A stretch of 56,784 bases of DNA from Ruthenibacterium sp. (GTDB taxonomy: Bacteria; Bacillota; Clostridia; Oscillospirales; Ruminococcaceae). The stretch is taken from the NCBI GenBank assembly GCA_036635095.1, contig JAVWRA010000001.1:1-56784 (forward strand), in the 5' to 3' direction. The notes beneath the pieces were generated by a model that saw only the letters and a list, made by a program, of their open reading frames with translations, made no database searches and had not been told where the DNA came from. Shown here one piece after another: positions 47,145 to 56,332 of the stretch (position 1 is the first letter of the stretch; each line of letters starts with the position of its first letter). Made by a program: the position numbers and the translations under genes.

Positions 47145-48760
47145 TGTTTTTCTCTTTCAATGCAGAGTATTTCGCCCTGTTTTTGCACTAAAATGCGCTG
47201 ATTGTATGCTGTATTTTGTGTCGGATAATCGGCACGGTAATGAGAGCCGCGGCTTTCGCAGCGCAAGTTTTCCGCCTTTAGAATGCAGATTGCGAGCGTG
47301 AGCTGCGCTTCCAACAGCCGCGCATCTGCCGCTTTTTGCATGTCCGCCGTCGGCTGTCTGACGCATTGTTTTTGCAGTGCGGCAATGCTTTCGGCGGCGC
47401 TTTGCAAAGAAGCTGCATCGCGCACTGCCATGGCGCTGTGCGACATTATTTTACGCATTGCTGCGCGTATTTGTGCTGCGTCTGCCAATTCCCACACCGC
47501 AAATTCCCGTGTGGTATCCGCTGTGTTTTGCGGCGCTGACGCGCTGTATTCCGCCGCCGCTTTGCCCGCTTTTTGCCCGAACACAAGTCCGTTTGCCGTG
47601 GAAAGACCGCCAATGCGGTCGGCACCGTGCATGCCGCCGGTCACTTCACCGCAGGCAAACAAACCGCCGCATGGGGTGGACGTATCCGGCGCAATTTGAA
47701 CGCCGCCGTTTGCCGCATGTGCAAACAGGGCAATCTGAACGGAATCGGCGGCGGTGAGATGTTTTTGCTGCCACAGCCAGTCGAAATACGTCTTGATAAA
47801 TTCGGGCATATTGCGCTGCATTTCTTCGCTGTATGTGACTTTTACGCCCTGTTTTTCTGCACCTTTTGCCTGTGTAATCGCAAAATCCACCGCTTTGGAA
47901 TCAAGCCGTGACGTGAACGGGCCATGTGCGCCGCGCTGTGTGAGCAATGCCGTTTTATCGCTGCTGTTTGCAAGAATATCCGCGTCGTCGGCATCGTGCA
48001 AGGTGGCATAGCGAAATGTTTTTTCGTTGAAAATAACATTGGCGCACGGTGCGAGACAGCCGGGCATCATCTGCATAAATTCCATGTTTACAAGCTTGCA
48101 GCCGTGCTGCAAGGCAAGAAACTGCCCCATGCCGCCGACATCGTTTGTGGTGAGACGCCGCTCAAACAAGCCGCCATAGCCGCCGGTTGCCAGCACAAGC
48201 GCTTTGCAGCCGAGCCATGCAAGCGTGTTTTGCGCCGTTTTAACAAGCACGCCTGTGACACGATTTTCGGTTTCGGTGATGTCGAGCAAGGCGCAGTTTG
48301 GCATTTGCAGAATGTGCAGCGCGTCCATGCGTTCTTTGAGTACCGCGCGGGCGCTGTCTGCCAAAATGCCGTTCCACGCGCGGTGTTTATGGTCAAAGCA
48401 GGGAATGAAATCTTTTTGATTTTGCGCCTGCGCCTGTTTGAGCTTGACGCCCATGGCTTTTACACGCGCAATCGCCGGTGTGATGCCACCCACAAAGGTA
48501 CGCACCATCGTTTCATCTGCCATACCGCAGCCGACGCTTAGAATCGTTTGCACCAAATCTTCTTCGTCCGCCGCATTTTCAGGGCCGACTAAGCCAAGCC
48601 CCCATGTGCCGGGATAAAAACTGGAGCCGGAAAAAATGGCGGCAGAACTTGCGAGAATGACGGATTTTCCGTTTTCTGCCGCCGTAATTGCCGCCAAAAT
48701 GCCTGCGATGCCGGCACCTGCCACAAAGACGTCACAGGCGTTTTGTTTTGTCAACTGCAT
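47141..48760 (-). CDS. FAD-dependent oxidoreductase of the L-aspartate oxidase / fumarate reductase flavoprotein family
   Basis: GAGIAG, LATGG, NMEFMQ, HAANGG, GLFACGE.TGGMHGADRIGG and ESRGSHYRADYP motifs. Confidence 0.88.
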   Translation of the reverse strand: MQLTKQNACDVFVAGAGIAGILAAITAAENGKSVILASSAAIFSGSSFYPGTWGLGLVGPENAADEEDLVQTILSVGCGMADETMVRTFVGGITPAIARVKAMGVKLKQAQAQNQKDFIPCFDHKHRAWNGILADSARAVLKERMDALHILQMPNCALLDITETENRVTGVLVKTAQNTLAWLGCKALVLATGGYGGLFERRLTTNDVGGMGQFLALQHGCKLVNMEFMQMMPGCLAPCANVIFNEKTFRYATLHDADDADILANSSDKTALLTQRGAHGPFTSRLDSKAVDFAITQAKGAEKQGVKVTYSEEMQRNMPEFIKTYFDWLWQQKHLTAADSVQIALFAHAANGGVQIAPDTSTPCGGLFACGEVTGGMHGADRIGGLSTANGLVFGQKAGKAAAEYSASAPQNTADTTREFAVWELADAAQIRAAMRKIMSHSAMAVRDAASLQSAAESIAALQKQCVRQPTADMQKAADARLLEAQLTLAICILKAENLRCESRGSHYRADYPTQNTAYNQRILVQKQGEILCIEREKQ

Positions 48761-48772
48761 AGGGCGTTTCTC

Positions 48773-49774
48773 CTATTTTGCGTCGTATAAATGACAGGCA
48801 ACCGTGTGTCCTTCTTTGCCGTGCTGCACCGTGACGGGGTCCACTGTTTTGCAAATTTCCATGCAGTTCGGGCAGCGGTTGTGAAACGCGCAGCCGGTCG
48901 GTTTATGAATCGGACTCGGCACTTCGCCCTCGAGTACCTGACGCTTTTTGGTGAGGTGAATGTCCGGCACCGGAATGGCGGACAGCAGCGCTTTGGTATA
49001 CGGATGCAGCGGCTCGTCATACAGTGCGCGGGAATCTGCCACCTCGACAATTTTGCCGAGATACATCACGACAATGCGGTCGGACATATACTGCACCACG
49101 GACAAATCATGCGCGATGAAAAGATAGGTGAGGTTCATGTCTTTTTGAATGTCTTTCATGAGGTTCAGCACCTGCGCCTGAATGGACACGTCAAGCGCCG
49201 ACACCGGCTCATCGCAAATCAGCACGTCGGGCATCACTTCAAGCGCACGCGCAATGCACAGGCGCTGACGCTGCCCGCCCGAAAATTCGTGCGGGTAACG
49301 CATGAGATAATCCGGCTGAATGTTGACCATTTTCAGCACTTTCTGCATGACGTCCTCGCGTGAAGATTGGTCTTTGACGCCATGCACCAAAAGCGGCTCT
49401 TCAAAAGAGGTGTAGATTTTTTTCTGCGGATTGAGTGCCGAATACGGGTCTTGAAACACCATCTGCACACGGCGGCGGAATTTAAACGTTTCGTCTTTGC
49501 TGAATTTCGTGATGTCTTTCATTTCGCCGTCATAATTGAACAGCACTTCGCCGCCTGTCGGCTTTTCGAGCAGCATCACGGATTTGCCGAGTGTCGATTT
49601 GCCGCAGCCGCTTTCGCCCACAATGCCGAGCGTTTCGCCTTTGTAGACGGTGAGCGAGACATCATCGACAGCCTTGACATGACCTACCACTTTTTTAAAT
49701 GCGCCTTTGGTGATGGGAAACCATGTTTGCAGGTTTTTAATTTGAAAGATAACTTCTTTTTTGTCGTTATTCAT
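48773..49774 (-). CDS. Opp/Dpp-family ABC ATP-binding protein (OppF/DppF-like)
   Basis: [36 protein letters not shown] and C-terminal Cys cluster. Confidence 0.95.
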   Translation of the reverse strand: MNNDKKEVIFQIKNLQTWFPITKGAFKKVVGHVKAVDDVSLTVYKGETLGIVGESGCGKSTLGKSVMLLEKPTGGEVLFNYDGEMKDITKFSKDETFKFRRRVQMVFQDPYSALNPQKKIYTSFEEPLLVHGVKDQSSREDVMQKVLKMVNIQPDYLMRYPHEFSGGQRQRLCIARALEVMPDVLICDEPVSALDVSIQAQVLNLMKDIQKDMNLTYLFIAHDLSVVQYMSDRIVVMYLGKIVEVADSRALYDEPLHPYTKALLSAIPVPDIHLTKKRQVLEGEVPSPIHKPTGCAFHNRCPNCMEICKTVDPVTVQHGKEGHTVACHLYDAK

Positions 49775-49777
49775 AGC

Positions 49778-50803
49778 TTAGTCCACCTCCGTAAAGGTAT
49801 CATATTGCAGGCAGCGCACACGATGTCCCTCTGCAATTTCAAACGTCGGAATGTCTTTTTCTTTACACTGTGCTGTGCAATTCGGGCAGCGTCCCGCAAA
49901 TTCGCAGCCGCCTTTTAAGTCGGCGGGGTTTGGCGTGATGCCGGGAATGGTTTCGAGCTTTTGTCCGTCGGCAAGTCCGAGTACCGGCACACTGCGCAGC
50001 AATGCTTTTGTGTACGGGTGTGCGGGACGGTCAAAAATATCCTCAATGGTGCCAAATTCAACCACGCGTCCCATGTACATGACACAAACGGCGTCTGCCA
50101 TTTCCGCCACAAGCCCCATATTATGCGTAATCAGAATGATGGATTTGCCCTCGTTGAGCTGTAAGCCTTTGAGCAGTTCCATAATCTGCGCTTGAATGGT
50201 GACGTCGAGCGCTGTTGTCGGCTCATCGCAGATAATCAATTCGGGATTGCAAATCATGGCAATCGCGATGACAACACGCTGTTTCATGCCGCCGGAAAAC
50301 TGGTGCGGATAGCAATCGATGCGGCTTTCGGGGTCGGGAATGCCGAGTTTGCGGAACATGTCAAGCACTTTGACACGCGCTTCTTTTTTGCTGATGCCGG
50401 TGTGTTGAATGAGTCCTTCCGCCACTTGGTCGCCCACTTTGTACACGGGATTGAGACTGGACATCGGGTCTTGAAACACCATGGACATATCCGGCCCGCG
50501 CAATGCGCGCATTTCGGCGCAGTTGTTGCTTTTGAGCGCTTCGAGGTGATATTCCTCGATTTTTCCGTCATGCAAGCCGTTATACTGAATATTTTCAGCA
50601 CTGACACGCGCATTTTGACCTGTGAAACGCATGATGGAGTTCATCGTGACGCTTTTGCCGCAGCCGCTTTCGCCCACAACCGCAAGTGCTGTGCCGCGTT
50701 TGAGCTGGAACGAAACGTCTTTGACGATTTTCACTTCTTTTTTATCGGAGATGAAGCTGGTGTTCAGCTTTTTCACATCTAAAATGATTTCTCTTGTATC
50801 CAT
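49778..50803 (-). CDS. Opp/Dpp-family ABC ATP-binding protein (OppD/DppD-like)
   Basis: [36 protein letters not shown] and C-terminal Cys cluster. Confidence 0.95.
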   Translation of the reverse strand: MDTREIILDVKKLNTSFISDKKEVKIVKDVSFQLKRGTALAVVGESGCGKSVTMNSIMRFTGQNARVSAENIQYNGLHDGKIEEYHLEALKSNNCAEMRALRGPDMSMVFQDPMSSLNPVYKVGDQVAEGLIQHTGISKKEARVKVLDMFRKLGIPDPESRIDCYPHQFSGGMKQRVVIAIAMICNPELIICDEPTTALDVTIQAQIMELLKGLQLNEGKSIILITHNMGLVAEMADAVCVMYMGRVVEFGTIEDIFDRPAHPYTKALLRSVPVLGLADGQKLETIPGITPNPADLKGGCEFAGRCPNCTAQCKEKDIPTFEIAEGHRVRCLQYDTFTEVD

Positions 50804-50818
50804 ACTGCACACCTCCCC

Positions 50819-51712
50819 TTACTGTTGCTTCGCATCGAGGACGTCACGCAGACCGTCGCCGAGGAAGTTGATTGCCAGCACAAACAATGTGATTGCAAGA
50901 CCCGGAAAAATCCAAATCCACCACTGATTTGTGACAACGGAAATAGATTTTGCCGCATTGAGAATATTGCCCCATGTGGGCGTGCTGTCGGCAACACCGA
51001 GACCGATGAACGAGAGCGCCGCCTCCTGCAAGATGAAAAACGCGACGTTGGTGGTGGTGGAAACGATAATCGGACTCATGACATTCGGCAGAATTTGATT
51101 GAACATGATGCGCGAATTGCTCATGCCGAACGCTTCGCAAACCTGCACATACGTTTCGCCCTTGATGCTCATAAACTCGTTGCGCACCATGCGGAATGTG
51201 GTCATCCAACCGGTGATGACGAAAATAAACAGCAGGTTGCCGAGACCGCGCTTGTTGAAAATTGCCACAATCATCATGACGAGAACAAGCTGCGGAAACG
51301 CCTGAAATACCTCGGAAATACGAATCAGCAGCGTATCCACTTTGCCGCCGAAATAGCCGGAAATGGCGCCCAGCACCGCACCGATAACGGAGCTTGCCAC
51401 GGCGCAAAACACGCCGATTAAAATGGAGTAGCAGCCGCCGAACAGCACCCGCGCGAACAAATCGCGTCCGATGGTGTCTGTGCCGAACAAATGCTCGGCA
51501 CTCGGCGCCTTTTTCATGGCGGTGAGCTGCGGGGTGTTGTAATCAACACCGACGGCGGCACCGATGGCGCAGGCGGCAATCATCAATACAACAACAACAA
51601 GACCGATGACGGCAAGCTTGTTGTTCATGAATTTGCGGATATTCTTTTTCAGCAAGGAGGATGTTGCGCTTTTGTTTTGGTCTTTAATGCTGGTGGTCTG
51701 TGAATGACTCAT
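50819..51712 (-). CDS. Opp/Dpp-family ABC permease (OppC-like)
   Basis: APSAEHLFGTDTIGRD, EAALSFIGLG, PTWG and NFLGDGLRD motifs. Confidence 0.95.
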   Translation of the reverse strand: MSHSQTTSIKDQNKSATSSLLKKNIRKFMNNKLAVIGLVVVVLMIAACAIGAAVGVDYNTPQLTAMKKAPSAEHLFGTDTIGRDLFARVLFGGCYSILIGVFCAVASSVIGAVLGAISGYFGGKVDTLLIRISEVFQAFPQLVLVMMIVAIFNKRGLGNLLFIFVITGWMTTFRMVRNEFMSIKGETYVQVCEAFGMSNSRIMFNQILPNVMSPIIVSTTTNVAFFILQEAALSFIGLGVADSTPTWGNILNAAKSISVVTNQWWIWIFPGLAITLFVLAINFLGDGLRDVLDAKQQ

Positions 51713-51727
51713 AATTTGTTCCTCCTC

Positions 51728-52687
51728 TCATTCGCCAAGCCGAACGCGCGGGTCAAGCAAGGCATTGAATACGTCTACCATGAACGAGCAAACGAGCATG
51801 GCTGCGGCGATAATCAGTGTGGTGACGAGTACGATGGGATAGTCGCCCGAAGTGATGGCGTTTGTCATGGTAAGCCCGATGCCCGGATATGAAAACACGC
51901 TTTCAATGACAACCGAGCCGCCCACGAGCATGGGAATGCGGAATACCAAAATGACAAGCACGGGTTTCATTGCATTGCGGAAACCATGCTTCAGATATAC
52001 TTTCCATTCGGGAATGCCTTTGCTGCGCGCGGTTTTGATGTAATCGCTGTTCAAAACGTCAAGCATGGTGTTGCGCGCATACCGCATCAACACCGCCACC
52101 ATACCGATGGTGAGCGTCAGCACAGGCAAAAACAGGTGGAAAAACGCGTCGGACGCCGCGTTGGTAGCACCCGGACTGACACGGTTTGCCGAGGGAAACC
52201 AGCCGAGTTTAATCGAAAATATCTCGATTAACACAATGCCGACTAAAAACTGCGGCACCGCCTGACCGAGAACGGCAAGAATGCGTCCGACATAATCGAT
52301 GATGCCGTTTTGCCGAATTGCCGAGATGATGCCGATGCCGATGCCGATAACGGCGGAAAACAAAAGTGACCATGCGGCAAGTTCAAACGTATACGGCAAA
52401 CGCACGGCGATGATGGACGAAATTGCCGAACCATCAAAGGAATAGCCGAGGTCGCCACGCAGACAATTGCCAAGCCAATGAAAATATTGCACGATAACAG
52501 GGTCATTCAGACCGAGCGATTCTCGCAGTGCTTCTACGTTGCCGGCGTTTGCCGAGAGCATTTCGGGGCTGACCATGAAGTTGATGGGGTCAACGCCTGT
52601 CAACTGCAAACCGAAAAACACAATCATACTGATGAGCAGCAACATCGGAATCATCATGAGAAGCTTTTTTAAAACAAATTTGAGCAT
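51728..52687 (-). CDS. Opp/Dpp-family ABC permease (OppB-like)
   Basis: GDLGYS, RLPYT.EL, DYIKTARSKG, ESVFSYPGIG and LDPRVR motifs. Confidence 0.95.
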   Translation of the reverse strand: MLKFVLKKLLMMIPMLLLISMIVFFGLQLTGVDPINFMVSPEMLSANAGNVEALRESLGLNDPVIVQYFHWLGNCLRGDLGYSFDGSAISSIIAVRLPYTFELAAWSLLFSAVIGIGIGIISAIRQNGIIDYVGRILAVLGQAVPQFLVGIVLIEIFSIKLGWFPSANRVSPGATNAASDAFFHLFLPVLTLTIGMVAVLMRYARNTMLDVLNSDYIKTARSKGIPEWKVYLKHGFRNAMKPVLVILVFRIPMLVGGSVVIESVFSYPGIGLTMTNAITSGDYPIVLVTTLIIAAAMLVCSFMVDVFNALLDPRVRLGE

Positions 52688-52720
52688 ATTCTCACTCCAT
52701 TCTATTAAGGATTGATTGCG

Positions 52721-52765
52721 AAAAAAAGCAGGAGAGACGCAGGGCAAGGCCTACATCCCTCCTGC
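52721..52765 (-). terminator. intra-operon terminator/stabilising hairpin after the SBP gene
   Basis: GCAGGAGGGATGTAGG-N6-CCTGCGTCTCTCCTGC-TTTTTTT on the minus strand. Confidence 0.78.
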
Positions 52766-52806
52766 ACTGTTTTACGGAAAGGGGATTCTCTTGAGAATTT
52801 CAGTTG

Positions 52807-54405
52807 TTATGCAACTTCCCAGTTGGCAAAGTCAAGGTCGCACATATAAAGCGGATTGCAGAACTCTACACCGGCGGGCAGTGTGATGTTTTTGCTGGTG
52901 AATACATAGTTGCCGACTGTGAATACAGGCACTTTGTAAACATTTTCCTGCTCAAGCGTTTGCAATTCTTTCAGCACTTCATTGCGTTTGGTTTCGTCTG
53001 TTGCTGCATAAAGCTGGTTGATTAAATCGTCGAATGCAGTGTCGCCGCCAAAGATTTTGCTGAAGATGGCGTCGCCGCTCATATATTCGCTGTACCACTC
53101 ATCAATCGAGAAAGCGGATTTGCCTTTAAAGCCGATGTCATAAGCGCGGGTTGTGAACAAATCGGTTGTGCCATCGTTGGAAAGTGTTGCTTCAACGGTA
53201 AGTCCTGCCTGCTCAAGATAGTACACAACGGTGTTGATTAAGTCAATGGAGGTTTGGTCGTTGTTGTAATAGCAGATGCGCAGCGGGCGTTTCATGTCAT
53301 AACCGGCGGCGGCAATGTCTGCTTTGGCTTTTTCTGCGTCAAATTTATACGCAAAGCCGTTGTATGCGGGATAGCTGTCCGGCACACCGGAGCTTAACAC
53401 GGTGGCGCTCGGATACAAAGTTGCGAGTGTTGCGCGGTCAATGGCTTCAATCAAAGCTTTGCGCACTTCAACATTCTGCATGGCTTCGTTCTGGTTGCCG
53501 TCTACACCTTTCATGTTGAAGATGAAATACTTGTAGAACAAAACGTTCACTTCGTTTGCCGTGAAATTGTCCATGCCTTTGAGGGCGTCCACAAGGTCCG
53601 TTGCATTGCCGAATACATAATCAGCATTGCCGGACTGTGCGGCGGTGAGATAATCAGAGACAAAAGAAACATTGATTTTTTGGATTTTCGGCGCTGTTCC
53701 CTCATAATTTGCGTTGGGTTTCAGCGTGAAGTAGTTGCCGGCGCTCAGCTCGTCCATCACATACATGCCGGAAGTGACCGGATTTTTCCAGTATGCGTCA
53801 GATTCGAGTGTGAGGGGGTCGGCGTCTTTAAGGCAATGCTCGGGCAAAATTGCGAACTGTGCCAAAACATCTTTCATGGCGGCATACGGGGCGGAAAGTG
53901 TCATGGTAAGCACATTGCCCTCTGCCTTCATGTCGGTGATTTTGCCGAAAGCGGCGGTGTAGATGGAGTTGACAACGGCTGCTTTGAGTGCCGTGTTGAT
54001 GGAGAAAATGACGTCATTCGGTGTAATGGCTTCGCCATCGCTCCATTTGAGGCCATCTTTCAACGTGATGGTGTAGGTCAGTCCATCTTCGCTGATTTCA
54101 CATTTGTCTGCCATGTCGGGAGACGCTTCTGTGAGGGTGCTGTTGGCGATAAGCAAGCTGCGGAACATCAGGTTGGTCGCCATGGTGCGGTTCAGCCAAG
54201 GCGAGGGAACCTGATCGTCTTTGGAAGAACCATCGGTTGTGGAGAGTACCAATTTCAAGGTGCCGTCTCCCGCAGGGGTGGTTGCGGCAGAAGCTGCCGG
54301 CGCTGATGTTGCGGTAGATGCCGGCGCGCTGGACGATGCGCCGCAGCCTGCAAGCATACCAATTGCCATCAGCATAGAAAGAACAAGTGCAATTGTTTTT
54401 TTCAT
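52807..54405 (-). CDS. family 5 (Opp/Dpp-type) ABC substrate-binding lipoprotein
   Basis: lipobox LAGC; SEDGLTYTITLKDGLKWSDGEAITPNDV family-5 signature; VRKAL..AIDR. Confidence 0.93.
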   Translation of the reverse strand: MKKTIALVLSMLMAIGMLAGCGASSSAPASTATSAPAASAATTPAGDGTLKLVLSTTDGSSKDDQVPSPWLNRTMATNLMFRSLLIANSTLTEASPDMADKCEISEDGLTYTITLKDGLKWSDGEAITPNDVIFSINTALKAAVVNSIYTAAFGKITDMKAEGNVLTMTLSAPYAAMKDVLAQFAILPEHCLKDADPLTLESDAYWKNPVTSGMYVMDELSAGNYFTLKPNANYEGTAPKIQKINVSFVSDYLTAAQSGNADYVFGNATDLVDALKGMDNFTANEVNVLFYKYFIFNMKGVDGNQNEAMQNVEVRKALIEAIDRATLATLYPSATVLSSGVPDSYPAYNGFAYKFDAEKAKADIAAAGYDMKRPLRICYYNNDQTSIDLINTVVYYLEQAGLTVEATLSNDGTTDLFTTRAYDIGFKGKSAFSIDEWYSEYMSGDAIFSKIFGGDTAFDDLINQLYAATDETKRNEVLKELQTLEQENVYKVPVFTVGNYVFTSKNITLPAGVEFCNPLYMCDLDFANWEVA

Positions 54406-54465
54406 GTTTTTACTCCTTTTATTTCTGTTTCAAGCGGTTCAGACCTCATTGTCTGCTGTACTCTT

Positions 54466-54494
54466 ATTGTACTAAAATCGAAAAGATTTTTCAA
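54466..54494 (-). promoter_or_regulatory. operon promoter TTGAAA-17-TACAAT overlapped by RpiR-type dyad GAAAA-GAT-TTTTC (54480-54492)
   Basis: read directly; the dyad covers the -35 and spacer. Confidence 0.7.
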
Positions 54495-54578
54495 TATCAT
54501 TACTTAACAAAAATCATTTCGATTTTTTGTTACTTTTTCCATATTTGAAACAAAATCTCAAAACATCGTGTCATTTTA

Positions 54579-54607
54579 TTGTCATTTCTGTCAGTATACT
54601 ATATAAT
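54579..54607 (+). promoter_or_regulatory. sigma-A promoter of the RpiR gene
   Basis: TTGTCA-17-TATAAT. Confidence 0.72.
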
Positions 54608-54651
54608 GATGGCAGCATAAAGTTTTAAACAGATTGTTGGAGGATTGCCGT

Positions 54652-55512
54652 ATGCACGATAGCATTTTGGAAATCATGTTGCAGAAGTATGACGATTTTA
54701 CGAAATCGGAGAAAAAAATCATCGATTATGTTCTTGCACACAAAAAGAATGCACAGTATATCAATATTTCAGAACTGAGCGCCGCCTGTCATGTGGCGGT
54801 GTCTACGGTTTCTGTTTTTTGCAAAAAATTGGGACTTGACGGGTTCAATGATTTTAAACTGGAGCTTGCCAAAGCAACGATGCCGGTGGCGGGCGTGACA
54901 ACGGTCGGCACGGAAAGCGGCGATATCGACGCAGAGGACACACTGGAACAGGTGCTTGCCAAAACGTGTAATGTCAGCCAAGATGCGCTTTTGCAAACGT
55001 ATCATCTGCTTGACCGCGACTCTGTGCGCATGGCGGTTGATTTGTTGCAGCACGCCGGACAGGTGGTTTGTCTCGGTCAAGGCAACCACTCCATTGTGGC
55101 AACGGCGGCATGGGCGCGTTTTTCAAGCGTGTCATCGCGGTTTAAAACCATACAGGACGTCCATTTGCAAACGGTGGCAGTGTCTACCTTAAAGGAAAGC
55201 GATGTCGTTTTGTTTTTTTCCTATTCCGGTGCAACGCGTGAATTTTTGGACATTGCCAAAGTGGTAAAATCGCGCAAGGCGAAATTGATTCTCGTCACAC
55301 GCTTTTCTCATTCGCCCGGCACCGCATTTGCCGATGCGATTTTGCTGTGCGGTTCCGATGAAAAACCGCTTTTGTTCGGCTCGATTGCCGCGGTGGTTGC
55401 CCAGCTTTATATTGTTGACGTATTGTTCAGCGAATATTTACGCCGCGATTACAAGAGCGGCAAAAGAACGCGTGAATTTGTGGCAAAGGCGCTGAACTAT
55501 CGGTTTGGATAA
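54652..55512 (+). CDS. MurR/RpiR family transcriptional regulator (NanR-like)
   Basis: TKSEKKI.DY, VS.FCKKLG..GF.DFK HTH; SIS domain with GQG.H and SYSGAT; divergent from the nanA operon. Confidence 0.93.
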   Translation: MHDSILEIMLQKYDDFTKSEKKIIDYVLAHKKNAQYINISELSAACHVAVSTVSVFCKKLGLDGFNDFKLELAKATMPVAGVTTVGTESGDIDAEDTLEQVLAKTCNVSQDALLQTYHLLDRDSVRMAVDLLQHAGQVVCLGQGNHSIVATAAWARFSSVSSRFKTIQDVHLQTVAVSTLKESDVVLFFSYSGATREFLDIAKVVKSRKAKLILVTRFSHSPGTAFADAILLCGSDEKPLLFGSIAAVVAQLYIVDVLFSEYLRRDYKSGKRTREFVAKALNYRFG

Positions 55513-55519
55513 GATGAAA

Positions 55520-55549
55520 AAATCCGTTTTGATTTCTCAAAACGGATTT
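55520..55549. terminator. bidirectional intrinsic terminator
   Basis: AAATCCGTTTTGA-TTTC-TCAAAACGGATTT with A/T runs on both sides. Confidence 0.85.
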
Positions 55550-55565
55550 CTTTATTTTAAAACAA

Positions 55566-56321
55566 TTACGGACGCAAACCTGAACCGCCTTGCACGGTGA
55601 TGCTTTCGCCTGAAATAAACGATGCGTCATCGGACGCGAGGAACACGCAGACACGGCCGATGTCGGTTTCCGCATCGCCAAAACGTTTGAGCGGGATTCT
55701 TTTGATGGAGCTTTCGTAGAGTTCGGGGTATTCTTGCCGCCATTGTTCAAGCGCCGGTGTCTTCACAAGCGGGCAAATCACATTGACATTGATGCCAAAT
55801 TCGCCCCATTCTGCGGCCGCCACGCGGGACAACCCACGAATGCCCTCTTTGGTCGCCGCATAAGACGACTGGCCGAATCTGCCGAACAGACCCGCGCCGG
55901 AGGCAAGGTTGATGACCGTGCCGTGCGTTTCTTTCAGATACGGAAACGCCGCGCGCATGTAATAAAAGGTGGCATACAGTCCGGTATGCACTGCCAAGTC
56001 CAAATCAGCCGTGGTATAGTCGGCGAGCATTATGCCGGGGTTTGACGTCTGTGCGTTGTTTACTACAACGTCAATGCGGCCGAAACGGTCTACTGTTTTT
56101 TTGATGCACGTCTCTACAGCAACTTCGTCTGCGCCATCTGCCACAACGGGAAGCACGTCCACACCCAGTGCCGATAAATTTTTTACGATGTCTTGCAGGT
56201 TTTCTGCGTTAAGATCCGTCACGACAATATTCGCGCCCTCTTTGGCAAATGCGGTTGCAATACCGTAGCCGATGCCGCGTCCGGCGCCGGTGACGATGAC
56301 TGTTTTTCCTTGCATTTTCAT
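55566..56321 (-). CDS. SDR oxidoreductase resembling bile-acid 12alpha-hydroxysteroid dehydrogenases
   Basis: TGAGRGIG, NNAQ, ASGAG and YAATK; GLYATFYYM, KEGIRGLSRVAA.EWG, CPL, DIGRVCV and GG.GLRP match clostridial 12alpha-HSDH as recalled. SDR call is firm, substrate is tentative. Confidence 0.8.
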   Translation of the reverse strand: MKMQGKTVIVTGAGRGIGYGIATAFAKEGANIVVTDLNAENLQDIVKNLSALGVDVLPVVADGADEVAVETCIKKTVDRFGRIDVVVNNAQTSNPGIMLADYTTADLDLAVHTGLYATFYYMRAAFPYLKETHGTVINLASGAGLFGRFGQSSYAATKEGIRGLSRVAAAEWGEFGINVNVICPLVKTPALEQWRQEYPELYESSIKRIPLKRFGDAETDIGRVCVFLASDDASFISGESITVQGGSGLRP

Positions 56322-56332
56322 CTTATTTTCTC

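Noticed and set aside
47141-48760. Calling the flavoprotein nadB or sdhA/frdA
   Set aside because: No partner genes, no covalent-FAD His and altered dicarboxylate-binding residues; symbol left blank.
49598-50679. 26-nt identical repeat at 49598-49623 and 50654-50679
   Set aside because: Encodes the shared Walker A (VGESGCGK) of the paralogous ATPases; not a mobile-element or CRISPR repeat.
52328-52348. GATGCC tandem repeat in the OppB-like gene
   Set aside because: In-frame hexamer encoding IGIGIGI in a TM helix; no sign of phase variation.
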